Of a DNA stretch of 64,000 nucleotides, positions 62,081 through 64,000 are shown piece after piece. A program made the position numbers and the translations under genes. The DNA is taken from assembly GCA_963762145.1 (NCBI GenBank), contig CAVXJS010000015.1, positions 64,001-128,000 of the forward strand, given 5' to 3'. The notes beneath the pieces were generated by a model that was not told the origin of the DNA, did not search any database, and worked only from the letters and a program-made list of their open reading frames with translations. The number at the start of each line of letters is the position of its first letter. Position 1 is the first letter of the stretch. Source of the DNA: an uncultured Candidatus Rokubacteria bacterium (GTDB taxonomy: Bacteria > Methylomirabilota > Methylomirabilia > Rokubacteriales > CSP1-6).

Positions 62081-63070
62081 CTACGCGCTGAGTGATTGTT
62101 TCAGGGTCTTGACGCGCTCCAGCCGCCGCCCCCGGCGCTCAAGGGCCAGAGCCCAGCGCCGCTGCTCGGCGGGGGTCTCGGGCGTGAAGGACCGGCACGG
62201 CCGGGGCCGCAGCGGAGCGCTCGGATCGGAGCCCAGGTGCACGAAGGTGAGGTAGGCGGTGCAGGCGTGCTTGATCTCGCCGGTCCACGGCACCTCGCTC
62301 AGCACCTTCACCCCGATCTCCAGCGACGACGTCCCCACGTGGTTGAGGCCCGCCTGGAAGGTGACGACCTCGTTCGCATGGACCGGGGCGTAGAAGTCGA
62401 GCGCGTCCAGGCACGCGGTCATGACCAGGCCCCGGCAATACCGCATGGAGAGGATACCCCCCGCCTCGTCGATGTCGAGGAGGAGCTTGCCCGCGAACAT
62501 GGTGTTGCCGAACAGCAGGTCCTCGGGCAGCACCGACCGGCAGGATTCGAATCCCCAGCGGAGCTGCTCCGGCGCGTCGTCCTCGACCTCGCGGTTGCGC
62601 TCGGCACGCCGGGCGAAGCGCGCGAGCCGCTGGGCGCGCCGCTCGCCGGCCGCCGCGTGCAGGGCCTCTTCCTCCGCCCCGCGCGGCGCCACCGTCTGCG
62701 GCACCGGGAGCGGCTTGACGTGCTCGTCCACCTTGACGAAGACGAGGTGGGAGGACAGGGTGAGCGCCCGCTCCCCGGTCGCGGGCTTCTCGGCGTACAC
62801 CCGCACCCCGACCTCGAGCGAGCACCGGCCGACGTACTCCACCTGGGCCCGCAGCACCGCGACCTCGCCCACCTTGACCGGGTGCAGGAAGTCGATGTCG
62901 TCCATGGCGCCCAGCACCACGTTGCCGCGCGCCACCCGCGAGGCCGCGATCGTCCCGCAGGTGGCGATCCACTGCATCATGCGCCCGCCGTGGATCTGCC
63001 CGGGCGCCCCCGCGTGCTCGGGGAACACCCAGTTCACCATCTCGGTAGCCGTGTCGGAGATCGAGAGCAT
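62081..63070 (-). CDS. Double hot-dog acyl-CoA thioesterase
   Basis: Two YciA-like repeats: [20 protein letters not shown] and [21 protein letters not shown]. Confidence 0.85.
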   Translation of the reverse strand: MLSISDTATEMVNWVFPEHAGAPGQIHGGRMMQWIATCGTIAASRVARGNVVLGAMDDIDFLHPVKVGEVAVLRAQVEYVGRCSLEVGVRVYAEKPATGERALTLSSHLVFVKVDEHVKPLPVPQTVAPRGAEEEALHAAAGERRAQRLARFARRAERNREVEDDAPEQLRWGFESCRSVLPEDLLFGNTMFAGKLLLDIDEAGGILSMRYCRGLVMTACLDALDFYAPVHANEVVTFQAGLNHVGTSSLEIGVKVLSEVPWTGEIKHACTAYLTFVHLGSDPSAPLRPRPCRSFTPETPAEQRRWALALERRGRRLERVKTLKQSLSA

Positions 63071-63155
63071 GGTCAGCGTCGAATGTCGCGTAAGTCTCGC
63101 ATTTTTCTACCACGGAGGGCCCTCCAAGTCCAGACGCGGAGCCCCCGCCGGGGCG

Positions 63156-63184
63156 TTGACAATCGCGCGGCCCGGCCCTAGGGT
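63156..63184 (+). promoter_or_regulatory. Putative sigma70 promoter
   Basis: TTGACA-17 bp-TAGGGT upstream of the acyl-CoA dehydrogenase. Confidence 0.5.
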
Positions 63185-63245
63185 TGGGGCCACGTCAGGG
63201 GGCGAAGCACACCGTACCAGAGGCACCGGCGCCGGGAGGGCCCAC

Positions 63246-64000
<755 letters not shown>

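Overview
High-GC bacterial chromosomal window. Gene content and style suggest Ca. Rokubacteria/Methylomirabilota (inference only). The assembly looks indel-prone, with many conserved genes broken by apparent 1-bp frameshifts. Left to right: DUF3300 and glycine-zipper genes; a tripartite RND efflux operon; a sugar/redox block (sthA, GH63-like, nhaA, GH15, HtrA-like protease, tal, ROK/ppgK, gnd, zwf, tkt); catabolic and transport genes (CoA-transferase A/B, enolase-superfamily enzyme, MFS, iorAB, enoyl-CoA hydratase, two HxlR regulators, MATE); then a housekeeping block (aspartate aminotransferase, coaD, rsmD, recG, rpmB, relA/spoT, secDF-yajC, tgt, queA, csaA, ruvABC, yebC). Two things stand out. 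(1) Two oppositely oriented copies of a ~165-nt rod-like structured element (41438-41608 and 57092-57255) share a ~90% identical 112-nt core while their outer arms differ in sequence yet each self-pair, and each copy has a G/T-skewed tract on the same side. (2) An orphan AbiEi-like gene with a large dyad operator is followed by two unannotated lysine-rich micro-ORFs (23 and 13 aa) with near-perfect Shine-Dalgarno sites and an intrinsic terminator, convergent on rpmB. All family assignments are from motif recognition by eye; no database searches were run.
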